Under the pieces are notes generated by a model. The model saw only the letters and a program-made list of their open reading frames with translations. It was not told the DNA's origin and ran no database searches. Made by a program: the position numbers and the translations under genes. DNA of 64,000 nucleotides from positions 114 through 64,113 of the forward strand of contig JADZDP010000136.1 in assembly GCA_020850995.1 (NCBI GenBank). The letters run 5' to 3'. Position 1 is the stretch's first letter. Every line of letters begins with the position of its first letter. This DNA is from Deltaproteobacteria bacterium (GTDB taxonomy: Bacteria > Myxococcota > UBA727 > VGSZ01). Positions 9,935 through 20,480 of this stretch are shown piece by piece.

Positions 9935-11388
9935 GCGATCCCCGTTGGCGCCGCGGGGGCCGGGGCGGCCCGCCGCCGCAGCCCTTTGCGCGTCCCCGCA
10001 AAGACTCCTCGCCGCCGCGCACGAACCGCGAGATCGGCGGCAGCTTGATCGGGCGCGTGCTGATCCTCGACGAGGACAGCGTGGCGGCCTCGGAGCTCGC
10101 CGAGGCGCTCACCCGCGACGGACACGAGGTGGAGCTGCGCCAGGGCCTGGCCGACGTGGCGGGCGCCGTGCGCGTCGCGCCCGACGTGGTGGTGGTGGAT
10201 CCGTGGAGCGGCGACGAGCCCGGTGAGCTGGTGCTCGACGAGCTGCGCCGCGTGCGCGATCCCACCGGCGCGTCGCCCGAGGTGGTGGTGGTGACCGCGC
10301 TGCACGACGTGCACGCCGCCGTCGAGTGCCTCCATCGCGGCGCCTCCGACTACATCCTCAAGCCCACCACGCCAGGGCGCTTGCGCCTGGCGATCGCGCG
10401 CGCGTTCGAACGCCTGCGCCTCTTGAAGGACAATGGGCGCTTGCGCCGCGACCTGGCGCTGTTCGCCGCCGCCCAGCGCATCCTCGAGATGCTCGACGCC
10501 GCGGCCCTGGCGTCCTACGGGCTCGAGGTGCTGTGCTCGTTCACCGGCGCGCAGGGCGGCGTGTTGCTCGACGGCAACGTCGTGGTCGCCGAGCGCGACG
10601 TGAGCGACGACGAGCTGCGCACGCTGTCGGCCATCACGCGCCCCGAGGCCTTCACCGAGCGCGTCGAGCTGCCGAGCACCGCAAGCGCCCGCTTCGTCCA
10701 GGCCCTGACCCTCGAGCTCGACACCGAGCGCCGCGCCGTGCTGGCGAACACCGAGCCCTTCGACGCCGGCGCCGAAGAGACCGCGCTCTTCCTCGCGCGC
10801 CAGCTGCAGACCGCCTTCAAGAACACCGTGCGCTTCGCCGACGCGGAGCGCGAGGCGCGGCGCGACTCGCTGACGGGCTTGTGGAACGCGCGCGCGTTCC
10901 AGGAGGCCACCGAGCTGTTGATCGAGCGGGCGGGCGCCAACCCCACGAGCTTCGCGGTGCTGTTCCTCGACCTCGACCACTTCAAGGGTGTCAACGATCA
11001 GCACGGCCACATGGCCGGCAGCCGCCTGCTCGTCGAGGTGGGGCAACTGCTCGAGCGCTGCGTGCGCGAAGGCGACCTGCTGGCCCGCTTCGGCGGCGAT
11101 GAGTTCACCATCCTCCTCCCCGAGGTCGACGGTGAGACCGCGCGCAAAGTGGCCGAGCGCATCCGCGACACCATCGCGCGCCATCGTTTCCGCGTGCCGA
11201 GCGGCGAGGCCCTACCGGTCACCGTGTGCATCGGCGTCGCGACCTACCCGAACCATGCGTCGGACGCGGTCGGAGTTCTCGACATGGCCGACCGCGCGAT
11301 GTATCTCGGCAAGGGCTCGACTAGGAACTCGGTGCACGTCGCCATGCTGCCCACGTCGCCTCCGAAGGGCTCACCTCCATCGCCATGA
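9931..11388 (+). CDS. response-regulator diguanylate cyclase (REC + GAF-like linker + GGDEF)
   Basis: GGDEF intact (RFGGDEFTILLP); REC with VVVVDPWSGDEPG; start overlaps PilZ stop (GTGA); true start may be TTG at ~10044 (LIGRVLILDED). Confidence 0.8.
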   Translation: MSDPRWRRGGRGGPPPQPFARPRKDSSPPRTNREIGGSLIGRVLILDEDSVAASELAEALTRDGHEVELRQGLADVAGAVRVAPDVVVVDPWSGDEPGELVLDELRRVRDPTGASPEVVVVTALHDVHAAVECLHRGASDYILKPTTPGRLRLAIARAFERLRLLKDNGRLRRDLALFAAAQRILEMLDAAALASYGLEVLCSFTGAQGGVLLDGNVVVAERDVSDDELRTLSAITRPEAFTERVELPSTASARFVQALTLELDTERRAVLANTEPFDAGAEETALFLARQLQTAFKNTVRFADAEREARRDSLTGLWNARAFQEATELLIERAGANPTSFAVLFLDLDHFKGVNDQHGHMAGSRLLVEVGQLLERCVREGDLLARFGGDEFTILLPEVDGETARKVAERIRDTIARHRFRVPSGEALPVTVCIGVATYPNHASDAVGVLDMADRAMYLGKGSTRNSVHVAMLPTSPPKGSPPSP

Positions 11389-12053
11389 TCGCGCTCGTGC
11401 TCTTCCTGGCTACGCAAGGCGCCGCGGTCGACCGCGACCCGCCGCTCATCGCCGACGTCGCGGCCGCGGCGTCGAACCCCGACGCCTCGCCCATCATCAC
11501 GGTGATGATGTCCGACGCTGGCACCGGCGTGGGCGTGGCCGTGGTGCACTTCCGCCCGTCCGGCGGGTCCTGGCAGCAGGCCGAGCTCAAGGGCGGCACC
11601 ACCGGGCTGTTCATCGCTCGCCTGCCCGAGGGCACGCAGCGCACGGGCTTCGAGTATTGGATCGAGGCCAGCGACATCGCGGGCAATGGCCCCACGCGCA
11701 TCGCGTCGGCCGACCGACCCATCGCGGTGGAAAAGGCGAGCGAGCCCACCACGGCGCGGCTCGAGCGCCAGCGCGCCGAGGCCGAGGTCGCCGCGCCCAT
11801 CCACATCCACCCGGCGTGGCTGATGCTCTCGCTCGGCGTGGGCGTGGCGGCGGGCGCGGTGGGCGGCGCCTTCGCGCTCGACATCCGCAACGTGCAGCAG
11901 GTCATCGAGGTGGAGCAACCGACCGGTGAGCGCCTGCGCGAGCTCGAACAAGCGCGCACCTCCGACATCGCCGCGGCCACGACCCTCGGCGTGGTGGCGC
12001 TGGCGGGCCTCACCACCGGCGTCGTGCTGGTGGTGCTCACGTCCCTCGAGTAG
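11385..12053 (+). CDS. hypothetical membrane-anchored protein (signal peptide, beta-rich ectodomain, C-terminal TM helices)
   Basis: ATGA overlap with GGDEF gene stop; hydrophobic N- and C-termini. Confidence 0.45.
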   Translation: MIALVLFLATQGAAVDRDPPLIADVAAAASNPDASPIITVMMSDAGTGVGVAVVHFRPSGGSWQQAELKGGTTGLFIARLPEGTQRTGFEYWIEASDIAGNGPTRIASADRPIAVEKASEPTTARLERQRAEAEVAAPIHIHPAWLMLSLGVGVAAGAVGGAFALDIRNVQQVIEVEQPTGERLRELEQARTSDIAAATTLGVVALAGLTTGVVLVVLTSLE

Positions 12054-12068
12054 CCCACGCCCGACGCC

Positions 12069-13151
12069 CTACAGCTCCACGCGCACGCCGATGGCGGCGG
12101 TCTGCCGTGAGAAGCGCGCGCCCTCGCTGGCGAGCTCGTTGGCGAAGAACGCCGCCCGCACCTCGAGCGACACGCCGTCGAGCACGGCCTTCGACAGGGT
12201 CAGCTCCAGCATGTTCTGCGTCTCGTCTTCGTCGCCGAGGAAGTACGCCTGCCCGATGGACACGCCAGCGTCGTAGCTGGTCAGCTGCAGCGAGCCGATG
12301 GCGCCCACGGTGATCGCGCCCGGCAAGCGCAGGCCGGCCAAGCCTTGGACCCGGTGGCGCAGCCAGCTCTCGCCGCGCGCGTTCGAGTCGTTGCGCACCA
12401 GCGTGTAGCCGGCCGACAAGAACAGCTTGCGCGCGCTGACGACGTGCACCGACAGGGTGCTGACCGCGTCGGTGCGGCGGGCGCGCCCCGCCGGGTTGTC
12501 GAGGTCGCGCGCGACGAAGGGGAAGCCGCGCCCCGCCACGTCGACGGCCACGTCGAGGCGCTCGGCGTCACCGAGCGGCGCGCGCGCGCCGATCAGGGCG
12601 CCGCCGCCGGCAAAGGAAAAACGCGGATCGTCGAAGGCCTCGAAGGCCTGGCCCTCGAGGCCGGCGCGCCAGGTGACGCCAAAGAGCGCGCGCTCGATGG
12701 CACCGTCGGCGCGCAGCACGCCATAGCTGCGCCGCCCCGAGCGCTGCGCGCGCGCCTTGCCGAACGCCGACAGCGTGAGCACGACCTCGCCCGGCAGGCG
12801 GTTGGTGACCAGGGTGGCGCGCGACTGCGCCACCGCCAGCCGCTCGTTCGCTTGCTCGACGAAGAGCTTGAGGCCGGCGGCGCTCTCGCACGAGAGGCGC
12901 AGGCCCGGCTCGCTCCAGCTCACCTCGAGCTCCCCGTCGGCGCGGGCGAGCCCGTCGAAGGCCGGGCGCTCGAGCGTGGCGCCTGGCGGCGTGAGCTTGC
13001 CGGGGTCGGCCTGGTCGCCGATGGCGCCATCGGGCACGCGGTTGGCGTTGGTGTCGATCTCGAGCCATGTGGTGATCGCAGGCGTCACCACCACACCCTC
13101 GCTCTGGGCGGCAAGCGCCGCGCTCAGGGCCAAGGCGGGCAGCACGCCCAC
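12069..13151 (-). CDS. hypothetical outer-membrane beta-barrel-like protein
   Basis: GTG at 13151 with GAGGG RBS; signal-like VGVLPALALSAALAAQS; alternating hydrophobic beta-strand pattern; the upstream part of ORF 12069..13391 overlaps the neighbouring gene. Confidence 0.45.
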   Translation of the reverse strand: MGVLPALALSAALAAQSEGVVVTPAITTWLEIDTNANRVPDGAIGDQADPGKLTPPGATLERPAFDGLARADGELEVSWSEPGLRLSCESAAGLKLFVEQANERLAVAQSRATLVTNRLPGEVVLTLSAFGKARAQRSGRRSYGVLRADGAIERALFGVTWRAGLEGQAFEAFDDPRFSFAGGGALIGARAPLGDAERLDVAVDVAGRGFPFVARDLDNPAGRARRTDAVSTLSVHVVSARKLFLSAGYTLVRNDSNARGESWLRHRVQGLAGLRLPGAITVGAIGSLQLTSYDAGVSIGQAYFLGDEDETQNMLELTLSKAVLDGVSLEVRAAFFANELASEGARFSRQTAAIGVRVEL

Positions 13152-13158
13152 GGCGCCC

Positions 13159-13599
13159 TCAGCCCTGCCCCGGCGCGGGGGTCGAGGGATCCGGCGGCAC
13201 GGGCAGGTAGTGCTCCTCCAAGAGCTCGAGCGCGTCGGTGAGCGCCTCGAGCACCACGCGCGCCGCGTGCCCCTCGTCGGCGCTGGTGGACAGCGTCTTT
13301 GGGTAGTAGCGGCGCGCCAAGAGCCCGTACTGCGCGCGCACCTCGTCGAGGGTGGCGCCCGGGTGCAGCTCCAGCACGCGCAGCGCGCCATCCACGTCGA
13401 CCACGGCGGGCTTGCGCACCACCGGCGCGGCAGCGGTCTCTGCGCCGCGCTCGGGATAGCCGTGCTCGTGACGGTCGCGGCGCGCGCGGCGAGCGTTCCA
13501 TTCGGAGCGGACCATCTTGCCGACGCGTTCGAGGACGCTCATGGGTCTGTTGTAGAGCCTGCGCTTGAACTCGGAAAGGCCCCCGACCGGAGCGGTCAT
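13159..13599 (-). CDS. hypothetical protein with degenerate J-domain-like C-terminus
   Basis: 146 aa; LELHPGATLDEVRAQYGLLARRYYPKT resembles a DnaJ helix II/III but lacks HPD. Confidence 0.4.
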   Translation of the reverse strand: MTAPVGGLSEFKRRLYNRPMSVLERVGKMVRSEWNARRARRDRHEHGYPERGAETAAAPVVRKPAVVDVDGALRVLELHPGATLDEVRAQYGLLARRYYPKTLSTSADEGHAARVVLEALTDALELLEEHYLPVPPDPSTPAPGQG

Positions 13600-13673
13600 G
13601 ACGTCGTCAGGTGCGCTGCCCCGGCCCTTGGGGCTGTCGTCCGTTCACATCTCGGCACCTCGAGGCCGGCAGA

Positions 13674-13790
13674 AGAAGAAGAAGTTGGGGCTTGTTGTTT
13701 CGCCGCGATGTGGTGGTCGCAGCGCTCGCGAGAGCAGCGATCGTCGACGAAGGCAGGACAACAAGCCCCAGCTTCTTCGCTCTCATCTTC
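13674..13790. repeat. imperfect ~30-bp inverted repeat (gaagaagaagttggggcttgttgt / acaacaagccccagcttcttc) with ~55-nt loop in an AT-richer 345-bp intergenic region
   Basis: reverse-complement arms read directly; one mismatch in the 20-bp core. Confidence 0.5.
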
Positions 13791-13944
13791 GGCAGAGAGG
13801 TGATCAAGAGACGGCTCTTGGGGAGGGGCCGCGATGCTCTGAAGCCCCGCGAGGGTGGGCGCCTCGGGCATCAGCCGCGCCGCGACCGGCGACGCAACGA
13901 GCGCAAAATTGGAGAAGGGTCGTGGGCGCGCGTACCGTGATCCC

Positions 13945-14436
13945 ATGGCCCGGCCGGCACGCGCCGATCGTACCCCGGCGACCGCCGAGCGGATCGCAGC
14001 TCGGCGCACGCGCACGAACCCCCGCGCGGAGAAGAGCCCGCGCCGCACGCCCCCGCGCGGCGTGCGCCCCTCCGGCGGGCGGCGCGCCCTCAAGCTGGTG
14101 GTGCTGGCGGCCTGCTGCTGCGTGGTGGGCTTCTTCGCCGTGCTGGTGATCGACGTCGGCGCCTCGCTCATGGGGCGCCTCGACGTCGGCGGCAGCTCCG
14201 TTGCGCAGCTCATCGACAAGGTGGTGGATCGCGTGCTCGACCGCGACGTGCCCCGGGCGCGCGAGGTGGAGCGGCCGCGCGCGGCGCCGCCGAAGGCGCC
14301 GTCGTCGGCGCGGGCCGATCGCGCGCCCCTGCCGGCGGCGCGGCCCGAGGACGACGCCCGCCACGTCGAGGCGCGTCCCGATCCGCAGGTGGAGCGGGCC
14401 AAAGAGCGCCTCGACGAGATCTTGCGCCGCCTGTAG
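13945..14436 (+). CDS. hypothetical membrane-anchored protein (basic N-terminus, one TM)
   Basis: ATG 13945; TM LVVLAACCCVVGFFAVLVI. Confidence 0.35.
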   Translation: MARPARADRTPATAERIAARRTRTNPRAEKSPRRTPPRGVRPSGGRRALKLVVLAACCCVVGFFAVLVIDVGASLMGRLDVGGSSVAQLIDKVVDRVLDRDVPRAREVERPRAAPPKAPSSARADRAPLPAARPEDDARHVEARPDPQVERAKERLDEILRRL

Positions 14437-14445
14437 ATCCGCCCC

Positions 14446-15240
14446 ATGGGCGATCTCGTCCCCCCAGACAGCGACGCGCCGGCGACCCTGGCGTCGAGCG
14501 GGCGCACTGGCTTGGCCAACCTGCACGCGGCCACGGGCGATCAGCCGCGCCCTCGCGCCCTGGTGCTGCTCGACCCGCGCCGCGCGTTCCTGGCGGTGCG
14601 CGCGCGTCCCCTGGCGGCGCTCATGCTCGGGGTCATGCTCGCGTTCGCGCTGGTGCCGCCGCTCACCTTCGTGGCGCGCGTCGACACCGCCAAGCTCCTC
14701 GAGCGTGAGCTCAAGCGCTCGGGCAAGCTCGAGCAGGTGCCGGCCGAGCAGCTCGAGCAGATGAAGAGCGTCGGCGGCGCGGCCATGAAGGTGCTCTTGC
14801 CGGTGGCCGCCGTGGGCAAGCGCGCGGCCTTCATCTTCGTCGCCACCGCGCTGGCGTTCCTGCTCTTGCGCGGCAGCAAGCCCGAGCTGCGCTTCGGCAC
14901 CACGCTGGCCGCGGTGGCGCTTGGCAGCGCGCCCACCGCCCTGCACGACATCGCGGTGACGCTCACCTTCCTGGTCAAGGACCCCATGGCGCTGGCCGAC
15001 GCGCAGAACGTGGTGCTGTCGAACCCCGCGGCCTGGTTCGCCCTCGATAGCGGACGCAGCGTGGCCGGCGCGTTCCTGCACGGGCTCGACTTCTTTGCGC
15101 TGTGGACCTGCGGCTTGGTGGCCCTCGGGATCAACGTCGTGGCAGGCACGCGCAGCATGATCCCGTGGGCCCTCAGCTTCGGGATGCACGCGAGCTTCGT
15201 GGGCCTGTCGCTGATCGGGCCCGCGCTGCAGGGCGGCTGA
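14446..15240 (+). CDS. hypothetical polytopic membrane protein (Yip1-like topology)
   Basis: 264 aa, ~5 hydrophobic helices. Confidence 0.5.
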   Translation: MGDLVPPDSDAPATLASSGRTGLANLHAATGDQPRPRALVLLDPRRAFLAVRARPLAALMLGVMLAFALVPPLTFVARVDTAKLLERELKRSGKLEQVPAEQLEQMKSVGGAAMKVLLPVAAVGKRAAFIFVATALAFLLLRGSKPELRFGTTLAAVALGSAPTALHDIAVTLTFLVKDPMALADAQNVVLSNPAAWFALDSGRSVAGAFLHGLDFFALWTCGLVALGINVVAGTRSMIPWALSFGMHASFVGLSLIGPALQGG

Positions 15241-15255
15241 GCACGAGCTCTCGGC

Positions 15256-15870
15256 TCAATAGCCCTCGGGGATCTGCCCGTGCAGGCAGCTGATGGTGTT
15301 TGGCTGCAGGGGCCCCGACATGAGCGCGTGCGCGGGCTCGGCGACGTCGTCGGGCAGGCCCTCGCGCACCGGCCACGTGGGCTCCTGGCCGGGGGCGAGC
15401 GAGTGCAGCCCGCTCTGCCAAGGGCCGATGACGTAGGTGTAGCCGGCCACCCGGCAGCGAAAGAAGCCCGCCCACGCGGCGGCGAAGCGGTGGCCAAGCT
15501 CGCGCCCGAAGGTCTCGCAGCTGCGAAACCACAGCAGCGAGGCGGGCCCGCGCACACGCGCGCGCAGCGCCAGCAGATCTGCGTGCCGCGAGTGCGTGGC
15601 GTCGACCACCGCGTCGACGTCGAGCCGATCACGCCCGATCCACAGGCGGCCCCACGTGCCGTGCCCCCAGAATTGCACCTCGTCGATGCGGCTGGCCGGC
15701 TCCACCGAGCACAGCCACGCCAACGCGTCCTCCCACGAGGTGGCCCCGAAGCTCGCGTCGATGCGCCCAAGACTGCGATAGAGGGCGCCGCCCACGATCC
15801 ACGACGCGGTCAGGCCGGGCTGCACCAGCGCCCGCCCCACCCAGGTGGCGTCGTAGATCAAGAGGCGCAC
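15256..15870 (-). CDS. hypothetical protein
   Basis: 204-aa ORF with W/G-rich motif EVQFWGHGTWGRLWIG; no recognised family. Confidence 0.4.
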   Translation of the reverse strand: MRLLIYDATWVGRALVQPGLTASWIVGGALYRSLGRIDASFGATSWEDALAWLCSVEPASRIDEVQFWGHGTWGRLWIGRDRLDVDAVVDATHSRHADLLALRARVRGPASLLWFRSCETFGRELGHRFAAAWAGFFRCRVAGYTYVIGPWQSGLHSLAPGQEPTWPVREGLPDDVAEPAHALMSGPLQPNTISCLHGQIPEGY

Positions 15871-15922
15871 GGCGTCTCCCGTGGGGCCGTGGCGCTCGTC
15901 GTTGTGCGCCGACGCGTCGTCG

Positions 15923-16057
15923 TCAGCGCTGGCAGCCGGTCTGCGCGCAGGTCTCGATCTGCTGCAGCTTGTCCTCTATGCGCTCCTTGAAGAGCGGCGA
16001 GCTGAAGCTGCCAAAGAAGGAGCTGAACAGGGATGCGATGAGGACGAGTGCGAACAT
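15923..16057 (-). CDS. small hydrophobic protein (44 aa) MFALVLIASLFSSFFGSFSSPLFKERIEDKLQQIETCAQTGCQR
   Basis: GGAGG 5 nt upstream of ATG; below ORF-track size cutoff. Confidence 0.2.
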   Translation of the reverse strand: MFALVLIASLFSSFFGSFSSPLFKERIEDKLQQIETCAQTGCQR

Positions 16058-16278
16058 CGGGCCTCCTGTGCGCACACGATCCGGTGCGATCGGGCGAGCA
16101 CCGTCACGCTACGCGAGCGCGCCCGGTGGGAGTCACCGCGCCGAGCTCGCTGAGACAGGCCGACAGCGGGGCCCACGTGGGTGCACCGCGGTGCCGTGCC
16201 GACGTGGTGGCCCCGCCTCGCACTGGGGCCGAGCGCGTCTTGCAAACGCCGCGTGCTCTGCTACCAAGAGCGGGCCGC

Positions 16279-16355
<77 letters not shown>

Positions 16356-16485
16356 ACTGCCGCAGATCAAGGGCTCGCCTCGGCGGGCCCTTGGTTTTTC
16401 GCCCACCGTGGATCCCCGTGGCGCCATCAGGGGGCGGCGGTCCGAAACTTGGCACCATCGGCGCCACGGACCTACGCTCGGCGCC

Positions 16486-17195
<710 letters not shown>

Positions 17196-17199
<4 letters not shown>

Positions 17200-18095
17200 G
17201 CGCCACGGCCCTCGTCACCTCGATGCTGCGGCACGGCGGGCGCTCCGTGCGCTCCGGTGGCCTGCCCTTCTTCTTCGCCATGCTGATGACGGCGCTCGGC
17301 GCCTTCTCCATCGGCGCCTACGCCACGCTCTTGGTCAACTTCGCGCGCGTCGCCTCTACCGTGGGCGAGAGCGTGGCGCTGGTGATGTTCCTGAACGTCG
17401 ACAGCGCCAGCGCGGCCGACGAGCTGCGCGCGCGCGCCGCCCTCATGCCCGACGTGCGCGAGGCCTTGCTCGTCACACCCGAGGACGCATTGGCGCGGGC
17501 GCGCCGCGGCCTGGGCGACGCCGGGCGCGCGCTCGAGGGCGCTGCGGGTTTGCGCATGCCGTGGGTCGTCGAGGTGACGCCGCGCTTCGACCTGGGCGGC
17601 AGCACCGACCGTGAGGCGCTGGCGCAGCGCCTGCAGGCGCTGCCCGGCGTCGACGAGGTGATGCACCCGGCCGGCGAGGTCAAGCGCATCGACGCGCTCA
17701 TGCGCCTGTTGCACGGCGCCGGCGTGTTTCTTGGCGTGCTGATCGCGCTCGTCGTCATCGTGGTGGTGTCGAACGCCACCAAGCTGACGGTGCTGCAGCG
17801 CCGCGAGGAGATCGCCATCATGAAGCTGGTGGGCGCCACCGATCTCTTCGTGCAGACGCCGCTGGTGCTGGCCGGGCTGGTGCAGGGCCTGGTGGGGGCG
17901 GCGCTCGGCCTCGGCGCGCTCGCGCTGGCGCACGCCTCTTTGGCCGGCATGGTGAAGGTGGCGCTGTCGGGCGCCCTTGGCGTGTTCATCCTCGCGCCCA
18001 TGCCTGCATGGCTGTGGGGGGCGCTCTTGGTGGGCGGCGCGATCCTCGGCGTGGTGGGCGCGGCCTTGTCGGTGCGGCGGTTCTTGCGCGTATGA
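17196..18095 (+). CDS. ftsX: cell-division permease-like protein FtsX
   Basis: ATGA overlap with ftsE; 4 TM; conserved MKLVGAT motif. Confidence 0.85.
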
Positions 18096-19237
18096 CCACG
18101 CTCGCGCTGGTGCTCCTCGTCGCTGCGCAGGCGGCCCCCGCGCCGGCCCCCACGGTTGCCACCGAGAAGGCGCGCCTCGACGCCATCATGGCCGAGCTCG
18201 ACGCGCGCGTGGCCGCGCTCAAGGACCTCGACAACCGCGAGCGCAGCGTGACCAACAGCCTGGGCGAGCTCGACGAGAGCCTGGCGCGCCTGGCCGAAGA
18301 GTCGGAGCGCGCGCGCGCGCGGCACGACGCGCTCGTGGCGGAGCTGGCGGCGCTCGAGACCGCCACCGGCCTCGACGAGCGCTCGCTCACGCAGGCGCGG
18401 CGCCGCCTGGAGGCGCGCCTGCGCGTGCTCTACGTGAGCGGTGAGGGCGGCGCGGTGCGCGCGCTGCTCGGGGCCGAGGGTTTTCAGGAGCTGGCCCTGC
18501 GCCGGCGCTACGTGCGCGAGCTGGCCGACAACGACGCCAAGCTGGTCAACGAGGTGGCACGCATCGAGCGCGCCGTGGCCGACCAGCGCGCGCGCCTGCG
18601 CGCCGCCGCCGTCGACGTGGAGCAGGTGCAGCGCCAGCTCGACCAGCAGCGCACGCTCATGGCTGCCACGCGCGCAGAGCGCGGCGCGGCGCTCACGCGC
18701 ATCGCCACCGAGCGCAGCCTCACCTTGCGCCAGCAGCGTGAGCTCGAGCAGCGTCGCGTGGCCATCTCGAACCTCATCGGGCGGCTCGCGGAAGACAGCG
18801 TGCGCCGCCCCATGGTGCCGGCGCGGCCGCGCGGGCGCCTGGGGCGCAACCTGCCCTGGCCCGCCGAGGGCGTGGTGATCCGCAAGTTCGGCATCGTGGT
18901 GGAGAAAGAGAGCAAGGCCGAGATCGTGTCGAACGGGCTCGAGATCCGCGCAGATCAAGGGGCGCCCGTGCAGGCCATCGCCGATGGCCGCGTGGCCTTC
19001 GTGGGCTGGATGCGCGGCTTCGGGCGCCTGGTCATCGTCGACCACGGCAGCGCCGTGCACACCTTGTCGGGCCACCTGTCCAAGGCGGCGGTGGCCGTGG
19101 GCGACGAGGTGCGCCGCGGCCAGACCATCGCCTTCGTGGGCGACACCGAGAGCACCAACGGGCCCAAGCTCTACTTCGAGCTGCGCGAGAACGGCCGGCC
19201 GCGCGACCCCACGCCGCTCTTGCGGGCGGGGCCATGA
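18092..19237 (+). CDS. envC: murein hydrolase activator EnvC-like (coiled-coil + M23/LytM domain)
   Basis: ATGA overlap with ftsX; long coiled coil then degenerate LytM (GLEIRADQGAPVQAIADGRV...GPKLYFELR). Confidence 0.75.
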   Translation: MTTLALVLLVAAQAAPAPAPTVATEKARLDAIMAELDARVAALKDLDNRERSVTNSLGELDESLARLAEESERARARHDALVAELAALETATGLDERSLTQARRRLEARLRVLYVSGEGGAVRALLGAEGFQELALRRRYVRELADNDAKLVNEVARIERAVADQRARLRAAAVDVEQVQRQLDQQRTLMAATRAERGAALTRIATERSLTLRQQRELEQRRVAISNLIGRLAEDSVRRPMVPARPRGRLGRNLPWPAEGVVIRKFGIVVEKESKAEIVSNGLEIRADQGAPVQAIADGRVAFVGWMRGFGRLVIVDHGSAVHTLSGHLSKAAVAVGDEVRRGQTIAFVGDTESTNGPKLYFELRENGRPRDPTPLLRAGP

Positions 19238-19632
19238 GCGGGCGCTGGCGTCGCGCTGTGCGGGCGGTCGCGCTCGCCCTTGCGCTCACCGGCGCCGGCG
19301 GCTGCGCCGAGACCCCCGCGCAAGGCTTCGAGGCCTTCTACGCCGCCTTGGTGGCCGGCGACGCGGCCGCGCTCGAGCGCCTCGACGACGCCTCGCGCGC
19401 GCGCGTGGTGGCGGCGGCGCAGGCGCGCGCTCTCGATCCCGTGCGCCTGCTCGCCGGCAGCGGCGTACGCTCCACCTTGCGCGCCATCCGCCAGCACGAG
19501 CGCGACGACGAGCGCGCCACCCTTGAAGTGGAGGACGCGCTCGGCGCCACCGAGCGCGTGACCATGGTGAAGGAGCGCGGTCGCTGGTGCGTGAACCTCG
19601 CAGAAGCGGCCGCCCCCGAGGGAGCGCCGTGA
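19234..19632 (+). CDS. hypothetical lipoprotein
   Basis: lipobox LTGAGGC; ATGA overlap with upstream gene. Confidence 0.45.
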   Translation: MSGRWRRAVRAVALALALTGAGGCAETPAQGFEAFYAALVAGDAAALERLDDASRARVVAAAQARALDPVRLLAGSGVRSTLRAIRQHERDDERATLEVEDALGATERVTMVKERGRWCVNLAEAAAPEGAP

Positions 19633-20480
19633 TGCTCGCGCTCGCCGCGCAGCTCGCGCTCGCCGTGGCCCCGGCGGCCTTCTCGCCGCCGAGCGAGGAG
19701 CAGGTGGCCCGCGCCGTGGTGGAGGCGCGCGGCCACGATCTGCCCACGCGCCTGCGCATGGTCACCGAGCCCTTCCTCGATGCGCCCTATCGCCACAGCC
19801 CCCTCGGCGAGGGCAGCGGCGTCGATCCCGACCCGCTCCTGCGCTTCGACGCCTTCGACTGCACCACCTTCGTCGAGACCGCCATGGCGCTGGCCTTGGC
19901 CGAGGACCTGGCGCATGCCCGCCGCGTCCTCGACGTGCTGCGCTACCGCGAGGGCAAGGTCGACTACCTGGCGCGCCGCCACTTCCCCGAGGCCGAGTGG
20001 ATCCCCGAGCTCGTGCGCCTGGGCTTCCTCGAGGACATCACGCGCACCATCGGCGGTACCGAGGTGCGCGTGGAGGAGAAGCGCCTCGACGCGCGCGTGT
20101 GGCACCGGGCGCGCCACCCCGGCATGCCCGCGCTGCCCGACGCGCGCATCCCGAGCGGCACCTTCCGCCTCGACGTGTGGCCCCTCGATCAGGCGCGCGC
20201 CGGCGCCGCGCGCATCCCGCCGGGCACCATCCTGCACCTGGTGCGCGTCGACTACGGCTCGGTGCCCGTGCGCGTGAGCCACCAGGGCATCGTCATCGAC
20301 AAGGACGGCCAGCGCGTCTTGCGGCACGCCGCCGATCGCATGCACCACCGCGTCGTCGACGAGCCCCTCGATCGCTTCTTCTCGCGCATGCAGCAGTACA
20401 AGAAGTGGCCCGTGACCGGCGTGCACCTCACGCGCGTGACGACGCCGCCGGCGCTGCCGCCGCCGCCCGCCGCGCCGTGA
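19632..20480 (+). CDS. DUF1460-like (amidase/NlpC-like fold) secreted protein
   Basis: TGATG overlap; FDCTTFVETAMALA motif. Confidence 0.45.
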   Translation: MLALAAQLALAVAPAAFSPPSEEQVARAVVEARGHDLPTRLRMVTEPFLDAPYRHSPLGEGSGVDPDPLLRFDAFDCTTFVETAMALALAEDLAHARRVLDVLRYREGKVDYLARRHFPEAEWIPELVRLGFLEDITRTIGGTEVRVEEKRLDARVWHRARHPGMPALPDARIPSGTFRLDVWPLDQARAGAARIPPGTILHLVRVDYGSVPVRVSHQGIVIDKDGQRVLRHAADRMHHRVVDEPLDRFFSRMQQYKKWPVTGVHLTRVTTPPALPPPPAAP

